A stretch of 63,940 nt of DNA, filler included, from Collodictyon triciliatum (GCA_043381765.1; 11 parts of 11 records of this genome joined end to end with filler, not necessarily neighbours in it); one strand, 5' to 3'; positions 1-17,634 are shown, numbered from the whole stretch's first letter. A program made the numbers and translations. Notes: generated from the sequence alone by a model not told the origin.

Positions 1-4
1 TTTG

Positions 5-62
<58 letters not shown>

Positions 63-769
63 GTGAGAGGAGGAAGGGAAAGGAAATAGAAAGGGGAAAG
101 GATAGGAAAAGGATAGAGAAAGGGCAGAGAAAGTAAAAGAAAAGAAGAGGAAAAGGAATAGGAATAGGAAAGAACAGAGAAGAGAGGGTGGATGGGAAAC
201 GGGCGGCTGCGTTTTGGCATGAAAACTCAAAAGGAAAAAATTAACGTACTTTGCCAGCGCACAGAGAAATGGAATTGGGGGCGGTGATGTGGATATTTTG
301 TATCATTATATTGATTATTATATTATCTATCTCATCCAAGGATCAATATGAACAAGTATATAGCAGAATATATATTTTCCAGATCAATACATGTCTTCAT
401 GTGCAGTTCTGGAATGTTCGCTTTTGGAATTCCACACCTTTCAAGGGCTGTATCTGGTCTCTTGTGGGGCAGGGCAGCGTGGCACATGCGCGAGATTAGA
501 CTGGGCGATTTTATCATTATACGAGAATGCGACGTAATTCTTCTGTCCCTTTTCTTTGCTCCTTTTTTTTTTTGTTACTTTTTTCTTCTTGTCGGTGTTG
601 GATAATTGGGTATGGTGGAGTCTTTGGTAAGTCCCCAGAGGAGGGATAGAGGCAAGATAATCATGGCTATGAGGACCAGGCTATCATAAGGTCGATGTTA
701 AGATTGTTCAGGCTGAAGAAAGACATAGAGCTGGTGAAGAGCAGTTTTGTGTAGGTGATAGTTTTTTCT

Positions 770-4375
<3,606 letters not shown>

Positions 4376-6004
4376 GGTGCGAGTCGGGTTGCTTCTTGGG
4401 CAGTTCTATGAAAGAGGACAATGGTTGGGACGCGATTTGCGTGGGGTAAAAAAAAAAAAGGCAAGTTTTGGAGGTGGAGTTTGAGAGAAGGACAAAGGGA
4501 GTTGCGTGTGTTGGACTGGGCTGCATTGTGGAGACTGACAGAGTCGCTATTTGATGCGTGACTGAACTCTTTCTTTTCATTTAGGTTGCTTATTCTTATC
4601 GTGACTTGATGGCTTTGATTTATTTTGAGTCTTTTGTACTGCCCCACTTGCTCTGCAGCCATACAAATGAGGCAGCGATAGCAGTAGAATGCTATTTACT
4701 TTTCAAAGTATTGCATGGAGGGCTCTGGCGAGGACAAAGAAGGTGGCAAGAATTGTGCGACTTAGTGATGGGGTCGCTGGGCAGTTGAGTCATTTATGTC
4801 AAGCTGTTTTGTTGTGTTTTGTTTTGTTTTGTCTCTGACTTTTTTTTTTAATAAAAAAAAACCTCATAGGGCGATCAACGAAAGAAACAAGAGCAATTAT
4901 TACATAGACCAACAAGCCAGAGAGGAATATTCGAAATATTATAAAATAAAGTAAACACGCAGAGAGCATGAAAAGGATTCTTTGAGTTGACAAGCCTGCA
5001 GTACGACTGCTTCTCTCGCGTTTGGTTTGACTTCAAAGCCTTTGTCCATTGAAACAAAGATAATCTGCCCAATGAAACGTTGGAAAAACAGACATGCGTG
5101 AGGCAGAAGGGAATCGATCATCAAAGACCCAAAGCGCGAGTGTGACAATGTCAAATTCTAGTATTTCTATATTAGGATAAGTTCTTTGAAACTGGGTTAG
5201 TGATAATAGTTTGCCATCGCTATACATGACTATCACGTAGCACTAACCGACTGTGCTTGTGGGTCAGATATTTGCCCATCTGCTGCTGTCTTAGGCCTGC
5301 GCTGCGTCAAAAAAAAAAAGGAAAAAAAAGGAAAAAAAAAAAGGAAAAAAAAAGGAAAAAGGAAAAAGGAAAAAGGAAAAAGGAAAAAGGAAAAAGGAAA
5401 AAAGAAAAAGGAAAAGGTCAGCTGTTCCTCATTACTCAAACCCTATAAGAAGATACATGTGGAAAAAAGCTAAGAAAGAGATTGAACCTCGGCTTGCCTC
5501 TCTCATGCAAGCTAAAGACCCAGGCTAAGGCCAAAGCGCGTGACATGCCAGGAGCGGTTTTTTTTTTTCTCTTTGTTCGATTTCAGGTTCACAAGGTTTG
5601 CCATGCAGAAGGGTGGCTAGAGAACCAAAGCCAAAACCTTCGCTATTTTACACAAAATTGAAAGGAAGAATAAAAAATGACTTTGTCAAGCCGGAGGAGC
5701 CAACTGGTTAATTGGTAGCGTGTGTAGCAGGGTTTGAATGTGCCATGGGAAATATCTCGCGCCACATTCCCATATCTATGGCACAACTCTGTGAGAGCAG
5801 AATCCCGTCACCCCCGCCAGACACTGCCCGAGCCGCTGCTAGCGCGGTGGAAGATTATGCATGCAAACCGTGAAATGTGCGAGTCTACCCAACTACATGC
5901 GGGTACAGGCCAACTTTGCTGGGATAGAGCAAAAGGCTTCTGTATCGTCAAGTCGAGAGAAGGAAACAGCTCCTTCATCCTGCAACAAGTCACATTCCAA
6001 AAGG

Positions 6005-6104
6005 NNNNNNNNNNNNNNNNNNNNNNNNNNNNNNNNNNNNNNNNNNNNTTAATTAATTAANNNNNNNNNNNNNNNNNNNNNNNNNNNNNNNNNNNNNNNN
6101 NNNN
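6005..6104. other. Artificial scaffold-joining spacer (44N-TTAATTAATTAA-44N); recurs at 12108, 18210, 24312, 30413, 36514, 42617, 48713, 54808, 58988
   Basis: The same 100-nt structure, with stops in all six frames, occurs ten times; the intervening pieces are mostly about 6.0 kb. Confidence 0.98.
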
Positions 6105-6654
6105 TTCTTTTCTTTTCTTTTCTTTTCTTTTCTTTTCTTTTCTTTTCTTTTCTTTTCTTTTCTTTTCTTTTCTTTTGTTTCCTTTCGCCCACTGCGGCGT
6201 GGACGAATGATGAGGGAAGCGTTGTTGCTTACGACCGCGGTTGTCACGAACGATCTGCTCAAACGAACCACCGATCCCTGCGAATCATAAACCATTTGGA
6301 AAGCAGCGTTTTCGTTAATAATAAAAGAAAGCGTTTCAGGAAAATGATAAAGCCGATCAAAGAGAAAACCGGATAATATTCCACAATGCAGAATAAATGT
6401 GGAAAATATAATGCGCTATGTGGTTTTTCTGAAGCGGGATAATCTGGTCTCCTTTTTATTTATTTGCCAAGAAGAGTGATCTTCCAGGCGAGTGGCTTGG
6501 AAGAACGGAAGTCTGGCTAACCCGGAGGAAAAGAGAAAACCATTCTCCTTATCATGCGGATTGAACAAGCTAATAGACTGAAAACAGGATTCTTTGCCTT
6601 TCAAGCCGAGGCCGTCTGGAAGCACGAACCAAAAGCAAAAAGCAAATAAGCGCG

Positions 6655-7590
6655 ATGGTAGGCCCACTCCATGAACAAAGACATAAAGAACGAAAAGACT
6701 TTTTCCGCCTCGCGAAAGCACCTTCTCATGAACACATGTTAAAAACTCATAGTCAAGATTCCTTCTGAATATGATCGTTGCTGGTGCGCAAGTCGCACTG
6801 CGCGGATTCATCACAGCCTACCAGAAAGTGGTCGCAAGTAATGTCCCACTTCTTACTATCCCGCCATGCATCGCCTTGGCTGAGTTGCGAATCGTTCTTT
6901 TCTTTCAGGAATCCCGATTTATATTGCATCATATATTATATCTTTGATAGCCTTCGAATTACTTTCCTGTCTTTCCAACAAAAAAAATGAGAAAAAAAGA
7001 GACCAGACACCTTTGAATACTCGTTAGCATCACTTCTTTATGTGCTTCTTTCATTTTTTTCTTTCTTTCTTTTTTCACACCTTCTGTTTGGTGCTGGCTC
7101 CAGGTGGAGGAAGGACGATTGAGCAAGGAGAGCAAACGGCACAGAAGGCAGCGTCTGTATCGCTATTCAAAGCATTTGCAAGGAAACCCGTCGACATTGC
7201 CGAGGCCCACATGATTCTCGGCTCAAAGCCTACAGACACCGCCGAAGTCATCGAGCAAGTATGTAAATAAACTGATTTTCACAATCAGAACATATACACT
7301 CTGTAAATTCCATCGATTCCATTCCTATTTGTATGTTTTTATTTACATGCGCTGCGATTGCAGTGAAGGAAGGAAGAAAGAAAGAAGGTATTTGCAGGAT
7401 GTCTCAGCTGTATCACATTCATCCACAACAGAAATATCAACATCTCTTCACAAGCAACGATCCTGCAACAGGCGGCTCATTCTACATACAATCAAAAATC
7501 TACCGCGCAAAGGAGGCGATTGATGCACAGATGAAGGCGGACGCAGATGCCGCAAAGGACGCGGGCCAGAACGAAAAGGACGGGAAATAA
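6655..7590 (+). CDS. PAM16: Mitochondrial import motor subunit Pam16/Tim16 (J-like protein)
   Basis: Exons 6655-6657 (ATG only), 6753-6837, 7104-7258, 7432-7590 give MSRFLLNMIVAGAQVALRGFITAYQ...EAHMIL...KYQHLFTSNDPATGGSFYIQSKIYRAKEAID, which carries the Pam16 signature GGSFYxQSK. Confidence 0.93.
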
Positions 7591-8679
7591 AACTAGTTGC
7601 AGTATAAAGACTCTCTGTGCGTTGCTCTGCGGTTTCTCATGCAATCATGCGGTTCTGGGCGATTGAACATCGCAACTGGACATTTATCTTGCACAAATTA
7701 CAGATGAAGGTATTATGTATGGTATTGCATGGCGTAAATATTGATATTGGATGTAGACATGACTGTATAATTTTATTTTCCACATCCATACCAATCAAGT
7801 ATTGCAATAAGGAACCATAAATGGAAATCGTTTTTTTCTTTCTCTTTCTCTTTTGTCTGTTATCTTTTTTTTGTCTCTTGTCTCTAAACTGGGCTTTGGC
7901 CGATCCACACCACCATTCCGCCTCACCAAACAGCCGCGCGATGATCGAAGCAGCGGAGAAGCCTGGTGAAAGCTGGAAGCGTGTTGAGGCAGAGCGCTTG
8001 CTCTTTTCTGTATAGTGCTCTGGTTTTATTGAACATTTTATCCTGTTATACTCTTATGTTCGACTCAATTGGTGATCGGTTGTCCATAGACAAAACTCGC
8101 CTTAATTCACTTCGTTTTTCGTCGGGTGCCTCAGCCATTAAAAAAAAACAAAAAAAAAACATTATAAATATCTCTTATAGTTTACGAGGATTTTTGGGTT
8201 AAACTGCCCCGTCTCTCTTCGTCACTTTATTCTCTCGTTCATTCTCATGATTTATATGTTCACCTCCAAACTAACCTATTCGATAGCGAATGCAGTCTTC
8301 AAATGCCCTTTCTTTTCCTCTTTGACTGCTTTCCCTTCTGCTGCAAACATTTCTAACTTGGGTTTATAATGGAAGAGAAAAAAAGTCCCTGCTTTCAGAA
8401 AAACTGGAGTAAATGACAAGTCCGTCTGTGAAGGTAAAAACAATGCCTGCTGTGGTGGATGCCGAAGTTGTTGTCAGGACCGGACCTGGTATGTTTTTTT
8501 CCCCCGCTTTTATCGGATACAATGCTCATTGGCGTGGCTCTACCATAATATAATTCGTATCTAAATTGTTTGTTGATTTTCTTTCAATATTATTCTGGGC
8601 GCCTTTTAACGCGCCAATCAGTGCGTTTATTCCTAAAAAAGTATTTCACTGTTTGTCAAGAATAGCAACCACTTATTAT

Positions 8680-9877
8680 ATGGCCTATACAGCAGTCACA
8701 CGGCCGCGGTCTTCTTCTTCTTCATCACGACGCTCAAGCACACCAATATACTACGTCAGCAAAATGACTCTTCACTTGGCACCTGACCCAGAAAAAGGTT
8801 GGTCGATGATTTATGATATTTCTATAGATATATTTTCGGTGCTCGTACTCGCTACATATTCGCCATGTATTTAGCAGCAAAAGCAAAATGAGTACAGCTA
8901 TAAAATAATTGGGATTATTCTTTTTTAAAATATAAGGCTAATACTATGAATCATACTGCTAATGTCGAATGGCTCATGGCCATTACTTGTTTAGGGGTTT
9001 CTGATATTCTGTCTGAATTTGATATTGTTTTCTGTTGTTTTGTTTTTAGGCATTGTCACTGTCCATGAAACCATCTCCTACAGACATTTCCAGACAGTAG
9101 ATCGCCACTCGAGAAGCCATGTTTGTTTGCGTGGAAATATGCGGTTAGATTCAATCAAATGTCTGGAAGACCCGCATGTCCAGGTTTTGAAGCAGGTTGG
9201 GAACATGCGAGAAGCAGAACGACTAAATATACATGTATGTTTTAGCTAATATTTCTGTCAAAAAGTATTCACGCACGGCTACTTATATCCATCAGAAACG
9301 AGAGGGAGACACTTTCAAAATATACTTTGGGTTTCACGCCACAGACCAGCTTCGGACATTTGAGATTAAGTATGTCATAGAAGATGGAATTTCCAGGGAC
9401 GCAATGACCTTTGAGGATGCTATGCAGCTCGTGTGTCTCGACGGAAAATGGGATGTATGGTTGCAACATCAGTTTATTTCATTACAAACCCATGTTTCTG
9501 AAACGACTCGATGTGTTTATTTAGACTATGAAGCTAATATCACCCTTTTTTCAAGTACCATTTTAACTATTTTATGCTATGTTCTCAAACAAGGAAGTCA
9601 TGATATATGCAACAATGGAATATGGATTAACTGCTTCAAAATATCACAGACAACCATTCGTGTGTTTGAGTTGCAAATTTCACTCCCAAAAGGCGTTGCA
9701 GTGCTTGAGAAAGTCATCAAAATCAGCGAAGGTGGCCTCAGTTCCTTGACCGAGGACCGTCGCGGAAACAATCTCTTCTATTTCATCCGAGAAAATATCC
9801 CCGAAAGAATCCCAGTTGTTGTGAAAGTGTCATGGATAGGTTACACGGCTGATCAAACTTTCAACCTAGAGCCCTAA
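8680..9877 (+). CDS. DUF2207-like (N-terminal beta domain) protein, spliced
   Basis: Exons 8680-8797, 9050-9183, 9266-9454, 9650-9877 give ...GIVTVHETISY...TFEIKYVIEDGI...DGKWDTTIRVFELQISLP, resembling the DUF2207 pattern G.x.V.ETI.Y...F.I.Y.V...W...I...I.LP. Family recognised by eye. Confidence 0.55.
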
Positions 9878-10018
9878 TTCCTTCAAATTCTTGTTTCCTC
9901 CTGAAAACCTTTCACAGTTCCTCTACTTTTTTTTTCTCTCTCTCTCTTGATTTTTTCCCCCAATTGAAGTAAGGCTTTGAACTAGTGACCATGCAAAGTA
10001 CATTTCATTCGCTGACAT

Positions 10019-10615
10019 ATGACCTTATCACCATTAGATCACAAGACATACCGGAATCTCCCTGCTGCTCAGCAGCAATCCGTTCTGACACACTTGTCTA
10101 ATCGCATTGATGGGTCTATGCCCAACCACACCAGTCGATTTCTTCAAATGTCATCTCGGGACTCTGGTGCTTCGGGTGACAGACATGAGCCACAACCAGC
10201 GCATCATTCGCATCAGACACAACCAAAAATAAGTGCAGCCCCTGGAAAACCATCTGAAAACTGTGTCGATCAACCACAAGAGACAAGACGTCCATCTCCC
10301 GCCCTCTCTCCGACTAATCCCAACACTGTTCCTCCCTCAGCATTGAAACGTTCTCCTTCAGCCGAGCGCGTGGAATACCGTCGTATGATTTATTCAAAAC
10401 TATCTATCAGACATTTATTCCCTAGTAGCAACATATATAACCTGACGAAACCAATCATGTATTTTACTAATATAAGCGATTATACGTCTGAAATTGCACG
10501 GACTGACAAAGATTTTGAATACAAAAGCATATGCAAGCAGCAAGAAAACACGAAGCCTTTGAAGAAAATAATAGAAAATGATAGCAGCATGAGCAGAATG
10601 AAAAACTCTTCTTAA
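10019..10615 (+). CDS. Hypothetical Ser/Pro-rich protein (198 aa ORF)
   Basis: ATG-initiated open frame, GC-richer than its flanks; no recognisable domain. Confidence 0.3.
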   Translation: MTLSPLDHKTYRNLPAAQQQSVLTHLSNRIDGSMPNHTSRFLQMSSRDSGASGDRHEPQPAHHSHQTQPKISAAPGKPSENCVDQPQETRRPSPALSPTNPNTVPPSALKRSPSAERVEYRRMIYSKLSIRHLFPSSNIYNLTKPIMYFTNISDYTSEIARTDKDFEYKSICKQQENTKPLKKIIENDSSMSRMKNSS

Positions 10616-11829
10616 ATTGTAGCCAAAAGCCCTCAAACGTCGTGGCGGGCACACTCTCCAGCACAGACAGATGCCCCTACACGCGACCATTGGTGGGTTC
10701 CAAGGTCTCGGCCAAGCTCTGCATCGTCCGTCTCCTCATTGGGCTCCCAACGAAGCCGCACACAAGGAGCGCCTCGCACTGTGACTTTCGTCCCAAACAG
10801 CTAGTCCGTTTCAGCGGCAGTTCTGTCGAAAGCTTATATATGGATATGCGTGTGTGGAGACTTGTATTGTTTGCACGAGCCGTGGGTGTGCCGACAGGAA
10901 ACATGTCGACGAACTCCCGCGTAGTCGAACGCTTCACTCCTCTGTATTTCGTCTATGGTGCTTGCATCCAGAATAATCATGTATTCTTTTCCTTTCTTTT
11001 TTTCTTTTTCTGTCTCTGCTTCTTGTGATGTGCGCAACACCAGTTCCTCTGCTAGCTTACTCTCGGGTGTAAATTGTTTGCGCCGCTGTGTAACAAAATC
11101 GAATCAAGAAAGAGATAAGTACATCGGCATTTTCCTTCGCTGCGACCTTGACTCCCATCTGCCTCTCTTCAGTGAGCTAGGGTGGAGAGCTGTCCCTTCG
11201 CTTCCTCCAAATCGTTTGCGCTTTTTTCTCAGCGCACCATAAAAGTCACCCGGAGCAAAGCGAGCTGTCAAGTTTGTTGGCGCGTAGACCCCTGAAACAA
11301 GAAGGGACAGAATCATTCCACATATAGATTTTAACGCGTTTTGGGCGTTGCTGTTAAATTGCCATACCTGGAAATTCCGAGAATCACGCCAAATCTAACA
11401 TTCCAATAGTAGAAGTTAAATCAAAAATATTATGCTGTTACCCATATTAAGTCATATGTCCTAAATTTTTCGGGTCGAGAGTATTTCTGCCACTTGCTTT
11501 TATTTTTTGGCTTTAGTGATGGGCTTCGATCTGCATCGATGCTCGCCCAAAAAAACTGAAAGTAGAAACACACTGCAAGGAAGAAACCAAAGAGAAGGTT
11601 AATCCATGAGCGTCACAGTGCCATGAACAAAGCATCACGTATCAAGGAGCAATTACCACTCATTCCTTTATATTTTCATTCCTTTTTTTTTTTCTAGTTT
11701 CTAAACTGTTTATTTTTTCCCTTTCTTTCTCTTTCGTGACCTAATACCAATTTATTCTGCTTTTCTTGCAGAAGATTACCCAGGCAACTGAGAAAAAAAA
11801 AAGGCGGGGGAAGACTTTCAAAGAGAGAA

Positions 11830-11900
11830 ATGGATCCGTTCAAACCCGATGGACACGACGACTACGACGAGTTTTTCGACCCGGCGTTTCCAGGCAATGA
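11830..11900 (+). CDS. Probable first exon of a gene truncated by the scaffold end (MDPFKPDGHDDYDEFFDPAFPGN...)
   Basis: ATG, GC-rich acidic reading frame, strong GTGAGT donor at 11901. Confidence 0.3.
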
Positions 11901-12930
11901 GTGAGTAGTCAGGAATACACGTGGACTTTTGTCCACCAGTAACCACATTTAGTTCCATAGAAGAAAACGAAAAAAGAAAAAGAAAAAGAAAAAAAGAGGA
12001 GAGAAAGGGAAAGGGAAAGAGAAAGAGAAAGAGAAAGAGAAAGAGAAAGAGAAAGAGAAAGAGAAAGAGAAAGAGAAAGAGAAAGAGAAAGAGAAAGAGA
12101 AAGAGAANNNNNNNNNNNNNNNNNNNNNNNNNNNNNNNNNNNNNNNNNNNNTTAATTAATTAANNNNNNNNNNNNNNNNNNNNNNNNNNNNNNNNNNNNN
12201 NNNNNNNTTTTTGTTTTTTGTTTTTTGTTTTTTGTTTTTTGTTTTTTGTTTTTTGTTTTTTGTTTTTTGTTTTTTGTTTTTTGTTTTTTGTTAGGTGGCA
12301 ATGTGGCAGTGGGAAAAAGGTTGTCGGGATCGTTTGGGGAAACGGATCGAAGGTGTGACAGTGGTGAAAAACAGAAGGCGGTTGGGTCGATTCTGCCCAC
12401 TCTGTTTTTATTTTCATTTCTTTCTCTTCCTTCCTTCTCTTGAGCCCAGCAACAAAGAGGCACGATCAACAAGCAGCTTTTCTCTCTTCCTCTGCGGTGA
12501 CTGCGGCTGACAGATGGATCTGGTTTCGTCACTGGCTGCTATCGATAGCACTTGTCGTGTTTATTTGTGGAAAATATAATATATACATTTATTTGATATA
12601 AAAAATCCCATCGTTCAATCCTATATACTAATATTCGATATGAAACGTATAATTACTTGCGATTATAATTGTCTGTCAACCGGATATAACAGGGCATGGT
12701 TTAATTCGACCTAATCCTGACGTATCTGTCAAACTCCACAGAAAATTCTTGGGCATCATCGCGCAGCAAGTGACAAATGACAAGTGACGAGTGACGAGTG
12801 GCAAACCATCCCGAGAACACTCTGAACCTCACCGCTGACGCACCAGGACGCCCGGTCATTGCTAACGAATAACCCCAGTTTGCCAGGAAGCATCCCGTCA
12901 GAAACACCCTCCTGCGGATCGGCTCGACAA

Positions 12931-15900
12931 ATGGCCAGCAAGGATGTTACACCAGAGGANNNNNNNNNNNNNNNNNNNNNNNNNNNNNNNNNNNNNNNNN
13001 NNNNNNNNNNNNNNNNNNNNNNNNNNNNNNNNNNNNNNNNNNNNNNNNNNNNNNNNNNNNNNNNNNNNNNNNNNNNNNNNNNNNNNNNNNNNNNNNNNNN
13101 NNNNNNNNNNNNNNNNNNNNNNNNNNNNNNNNNNNNNNNNNNNNNNNNNNNNNNNNNNNNNNNNNNNNNNNNNNNNNNNNNNNNNNNNNNNNNNNNNNNN
13201 NNNNNNNNNNNNNNNNNNNNNNNNNNNNNNNNNNNNNNNNNNNNNNNNNNNNNNNNNNNNNNNNNNNNNNNNNNNNNNNNNNNNNNNNNNNNNNNNNNNN
13301 NNNNNNNNNNNNNNNNNNNNNNNNNNNNNNNNNNNNNNNNNNNNNNNNNNNNNNNNNNNNNNNNNNNNNNNNNNNNNNNNNNNNNNNNNNNNNNNNNNNN
13401 NNNNNNNNCAGTCACTTATTGGATATAGTGGAGATCAATAGCCCGTTCGAAGCCAAGGTTCGTTATAAAATTGTTCATGTAAAGTGATTTACTTCTTGTA
13501 GATATAACATTTGCCAATAAATGAATATGCTATTGCGCATCGTTTCAGTGTATGTCATTTTCATTAAACTAATATCCAAACATACTACTCCCTCTATCCA
13601 TAAATTTGAAGCTTGTTATAGTCACCAAAGAATGGAAAATTGAGTTTGCTGGAGAATACGTCGAGGAATTACTCCAAACACTTATCCGTGCATATAGCAA
13701 ACTGACATATAACTGGCCACCATCCTCAAAAATGAATAGATTCATTTCACCTGAAACGTAATACTTATGAATATCAATCGAGAAAAATTCATTAACTTCA
13801 ATACTATTGTTGAATTTGAGCAACTCTTTCTGTGATGAGCAATTTGACCAAAAAAAAAGTAGTTAATTTGAAACATTTTTTCAATAAAAAAATTGCTCGA
13901 AATCTAAATGCATGTAAATATATAACTCTTGAACGAACGCAGACGAATTCCCATGTGCATTGACCCAGGTGGATACATTTTCATTTTGAATACCAATGCT
14001 TATAATTATATAGGGAAGTTAATATACGTGCTATTCAAATTGAACGATACCTATCTGCACTATATTTTATCAAAGGGCATGATATGGATGGCTTCTTTGA
14101 GATTTATGCGGCTTATTGTGACTATTTCCAGACCCCATTTCAATCCGAATTTGAGAAATATGTAAAAGAGACAACAGATCCTGAGACTAGGTTTCTGCTT
14201 GATAAAAAAAAAAAATCAGTGACATTTCTGCGCAGAGCAATTTAGTACTAACGACAACAATCGTGACAAAAAAAAAAAAGGATTCTGAGTCTTTCCGAGT
14301 ACCCGTATATTCGACACCTCGTTGGAGACAAGCGTTTGGATCTTAGAACTGGTATTTTCAGTCGCCAATTTATACAATTATACAATAAAATAGTATGCAC
14401 TTCGTTAATTTTAAATGATTTACTATATTGAAATAGTCGGACAATCTCTTAAGTTCAATAGATTTTTCAAGTAATATTCGATTTTCTAGAGTATATCAAA
14501 AGTTGCTTATATTCTTTCACTTCTTTTTTAAAGGAACAAAAATACCCCTTTCACTTTGCACACTATTTTTATAGAGTTTTGTAAGTTATAGCCATTTTCT
14601 AAGACATTTCTTATTTAAAATCAAACAAGGGGTATTCGCCTTTATGGAATCACCCAACAAGCCGATGCCCTTGCAGAATTAAGCGAATCATTGTCCACAA
14701 ATACAACACTTTCATACTTTTCGTTGTCCGGATTGGTAGTACAGGCTGGATATGAAACATTTGGGAGGGTAATTATAATTATCAGCTATTTATAATATGA
14801 TTTCCATGATTACTACTATAAGATACATTGACATATTACTTTTTTCAGGCGCTTTCAACATCGAGCCACTCCAGTTTGCAAGAAATCGATTTGTCAGGGA
14901 ACATAATAAAAGACGCAGGGATTTTGTTTATGATACCTGGGCTCGCAAAACTGCAGCTTCGCTACCTGGATATAAGTCGCTGCGAGATTTCGAGCAAGGT
15001 GTGTCTTATTGTCTTATTCATAATGATTTTTATGCATATGTCCTTGAATTTTGGCTATATGCTAAGCAATACATAATCTTTGATATTTTTCTTTCTCATT
15101 TTTCAGGGAATTAGTGCTCTCGTAAACCTTTTCAAAACAACGCCTGCAATATCAGAGTCTCTTGTGGCCTTAAATTTATCACATAACCGGTACTTAAAAA
15201 AAATGATCGCATCAAAAACATATTAGCTTAAAAACATTAATGATTTATAACATTTAGATTCCAGCCATTCTTGCTTTGTTATTTCAAAACTTACTGTACA
15301 CGTACACTTTAATGTATATCTTAGCATCAACGAAACAGCATCAAAGGCCATTTCAGAGTGGCTGAATTCTTACAAATCTGGGAGATCATCTCTGAGAACT
15401 TTATTATTAGGAAAAACCGGCTTTGATGTTTCCTGCATTGGTGAGATGACTTTCGTTTAGTTTCTTCTTTCATCAATATTTCGTAGCATGAGTGTTAAAT
15501 ACCAAAAATTAATCCAATAAATCAATCAGTTGGTCATTTTTTGGATTACAACATTAGGTTCTAATGCAGGCATACATGTAATTGAAATACTTGATGTGTC
15601 TGGAAACAAAATAAGCAATATCCAAGCAGACGCTATGGTAACTTATTTGGAGCGCTCCAGCACCTTACAAGACATCGATTTGTCTGGATGTATCATCACG
15701 TAATTTCAAATTATTTCTTTAACCCCTGGCAGGTTTCAAATACATAAATAATTTTATACAGGATTAACCTCATGTTTTTTTTTAAAACTATTAATTAGGG
15801 AACAAGCCCTGTTCTCTATTGTGAAGGCCATAGTTTCTAATGAGTCGATAAAAAAATCGATGATAGACCTAAGTTCTATTCCTGTGAGATTTCAATACAC

Positions 15901-17634
15901 AGAGATTGACTTTCATATAGTTCCAAGAAAGCTGACCAATTTAAATTATAACTAATAGATGAACCCATCCTATGCTTACAACCTGTCGCTCGCTTTTGCA
16001 GCAAACAAGAATTTACACACAGTATATTTCGATAGATAAATGGGTATTATTACGTTTTTCTCTTCAGTATAAAGTTCATGAAGCCAAACCACACTGACAG
16101 ATATGCTTGGACGAATCTGGAATCAAAACAAGAGGCTTGCTTCAGTTATTGAGCCCTCTCATGGAGCTCAAAACTCTGAGGCGGCTCCATATTGGAAAGA
16201 TTGTAAAAATGAAGTCCAATAATCGAGTCAATGTTGTCCGCAAACTTGTTCAGTATCTCAATTCAACACAGTGAGTTCAAAAATCACCACTGAAAAGTAT
16301 GGAATTCTGCAATGAATCATCTCATTCGAAAATATAACAGGTTAGAGGCTCTTCATATTGACGGAGATGATAACGCCCACATAGGTGCAGAACTGATACC
16401 CTTGATAGAATGTAAGTGATGTGCTTGATTAAGAATTTGATGCTTGTTATATTTAACAATATTACCTGTTAAAAATGTATCAAACCGCGGTGGTGAAATA
16501 TTTTAGATATTCCCATAATTCGATATTTACCAAACATATCAGCAATTGCAGAGAATACAACGATAACTGACTTCAATATCACCGGACAACAAACTGGGGA
16601 TGATGGATTGATTGCCCTCGCCAAAGCGCTTGGTAGAAACAGAGTTCTAAAAAAACTTTACTGCGATGGCCAGGTAACTCGTTGAGCGTGATTTATTTTA
16701 CCATTTGCCGATTTACCTATCTTTATTTTTTTTTGAACGTTTTGTATTTTTACAACAGGGAGCTACTTACAGCGGATTTGCTGCCTTAGCAGAGTGTTTG
16801 GAATCTTGTGACAACATCCTTAACCTTTCTTACCCTGCTGTTGATTTGTCCAAGATAAGGGTCGCAGAACAGAGATTCCAAGTAATCATGATTCATGAAA
16901 CACTACACACCCTTTGATTATCATACAGGTTTTGACGGTTTGGGACTCATTCAAAATTGATAGGTCAACGAAAAACTGCGTGTGATTCAAGCGCTTGTCA
17001 AACGCAATCGTGAGAAGTCTGGCAAAGCAATGGCAGCCACTTCGTTTGTGCCTCAACAAGATTTGGGTCGTATCGAAGAGGATGAAGAGGTTACTTGGCT
17101 ATGCATTTGGTCACAGTTTTATTTTTTGGTTTCCTTTTATTTAAGCGCTCTTTCTTTCTTTTTGGCAAACTGGATGGAAGAAAATAATTCAATCGTATTC
17201 TCAATTTTAGGTTTTCCATGCGGTCCCTGGTACAGAAGAGGGTTGGGTTAACCACGCAGGACACATCGATAGGGAAATCAACCGAATGAGTGCACACAGC
17301 TATCGTGCCGTAGGGAAAGCTACCGGTGACGCATATACACCGACAGACGAGAGTGCTTCTGTAGCAGCAAAGAGAAAGTATGAATCATGATTTACGTCTT
17401 TTCTTGTATCGCCTCATATGAAAGCTGCCAATATTTTTAGTATAATTATTTGTTTTTCTTCCTACCAAATTAACCACAAGATGGATGATAAAGATTGACA
17501 TTAACCAAAAAACAACTTTTAAAAGATCCTTAGTGGATATTTCCAAGTCGGGAAGATTGGTACGATTGGCCCTCCTGTCACAAGGAGAGGATGACGAGGA
17601 TGATGCGCTGCCACAAACACCAGCAAAATCATAA
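12931..17634 (+). CDS. CARMIL/LRRC16-like PH + leucine-rich-repeat protein (~20 exons, N gap 12960-13408)
   Basis: Frame-consistent GT-AG splicing yields HLLDIVEI (PH), SLKFNRFFK, LQEIDLSGNIIKDAG, LVALNLSHN, AIAENTTITDFNITGQQTGDDGLIALAKALGRNRVLKKL, GFAALAECLE...ALVKRN, collinear with amoebozoan CARMIL. Stop TAA at 17632-17634. Confidence 0.8.

Noticed and set aside
4762-5546. Possible small spliced gene on the minus strand upstream of PAK (MSRALALAW...)
   Set aside because: Exons can be chained, but there is no recognisable homology and the 3' end is ambiguous.
5734-6004. GC-rich ORF vaguely like a LINE ORF2 C-terminus
   Set aside because: Only a loose W..RA...LW resemblance; no diagnostic motif.
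6049-6060. Regularly spaced palindromic TTAATTAATTAA as a biological repeat or array
   Set aside because: Always centred in a 100-nt N spacer; it is an artificial six-frame-stop linker.
10620-11330. GC-rich minus-strand block with zf-RVT-like hints (LC..LLWC...AQTIWR)
   Set aside because: Several frames are partly open and the motif is incomplete; I cannot tell gene from TE relic.
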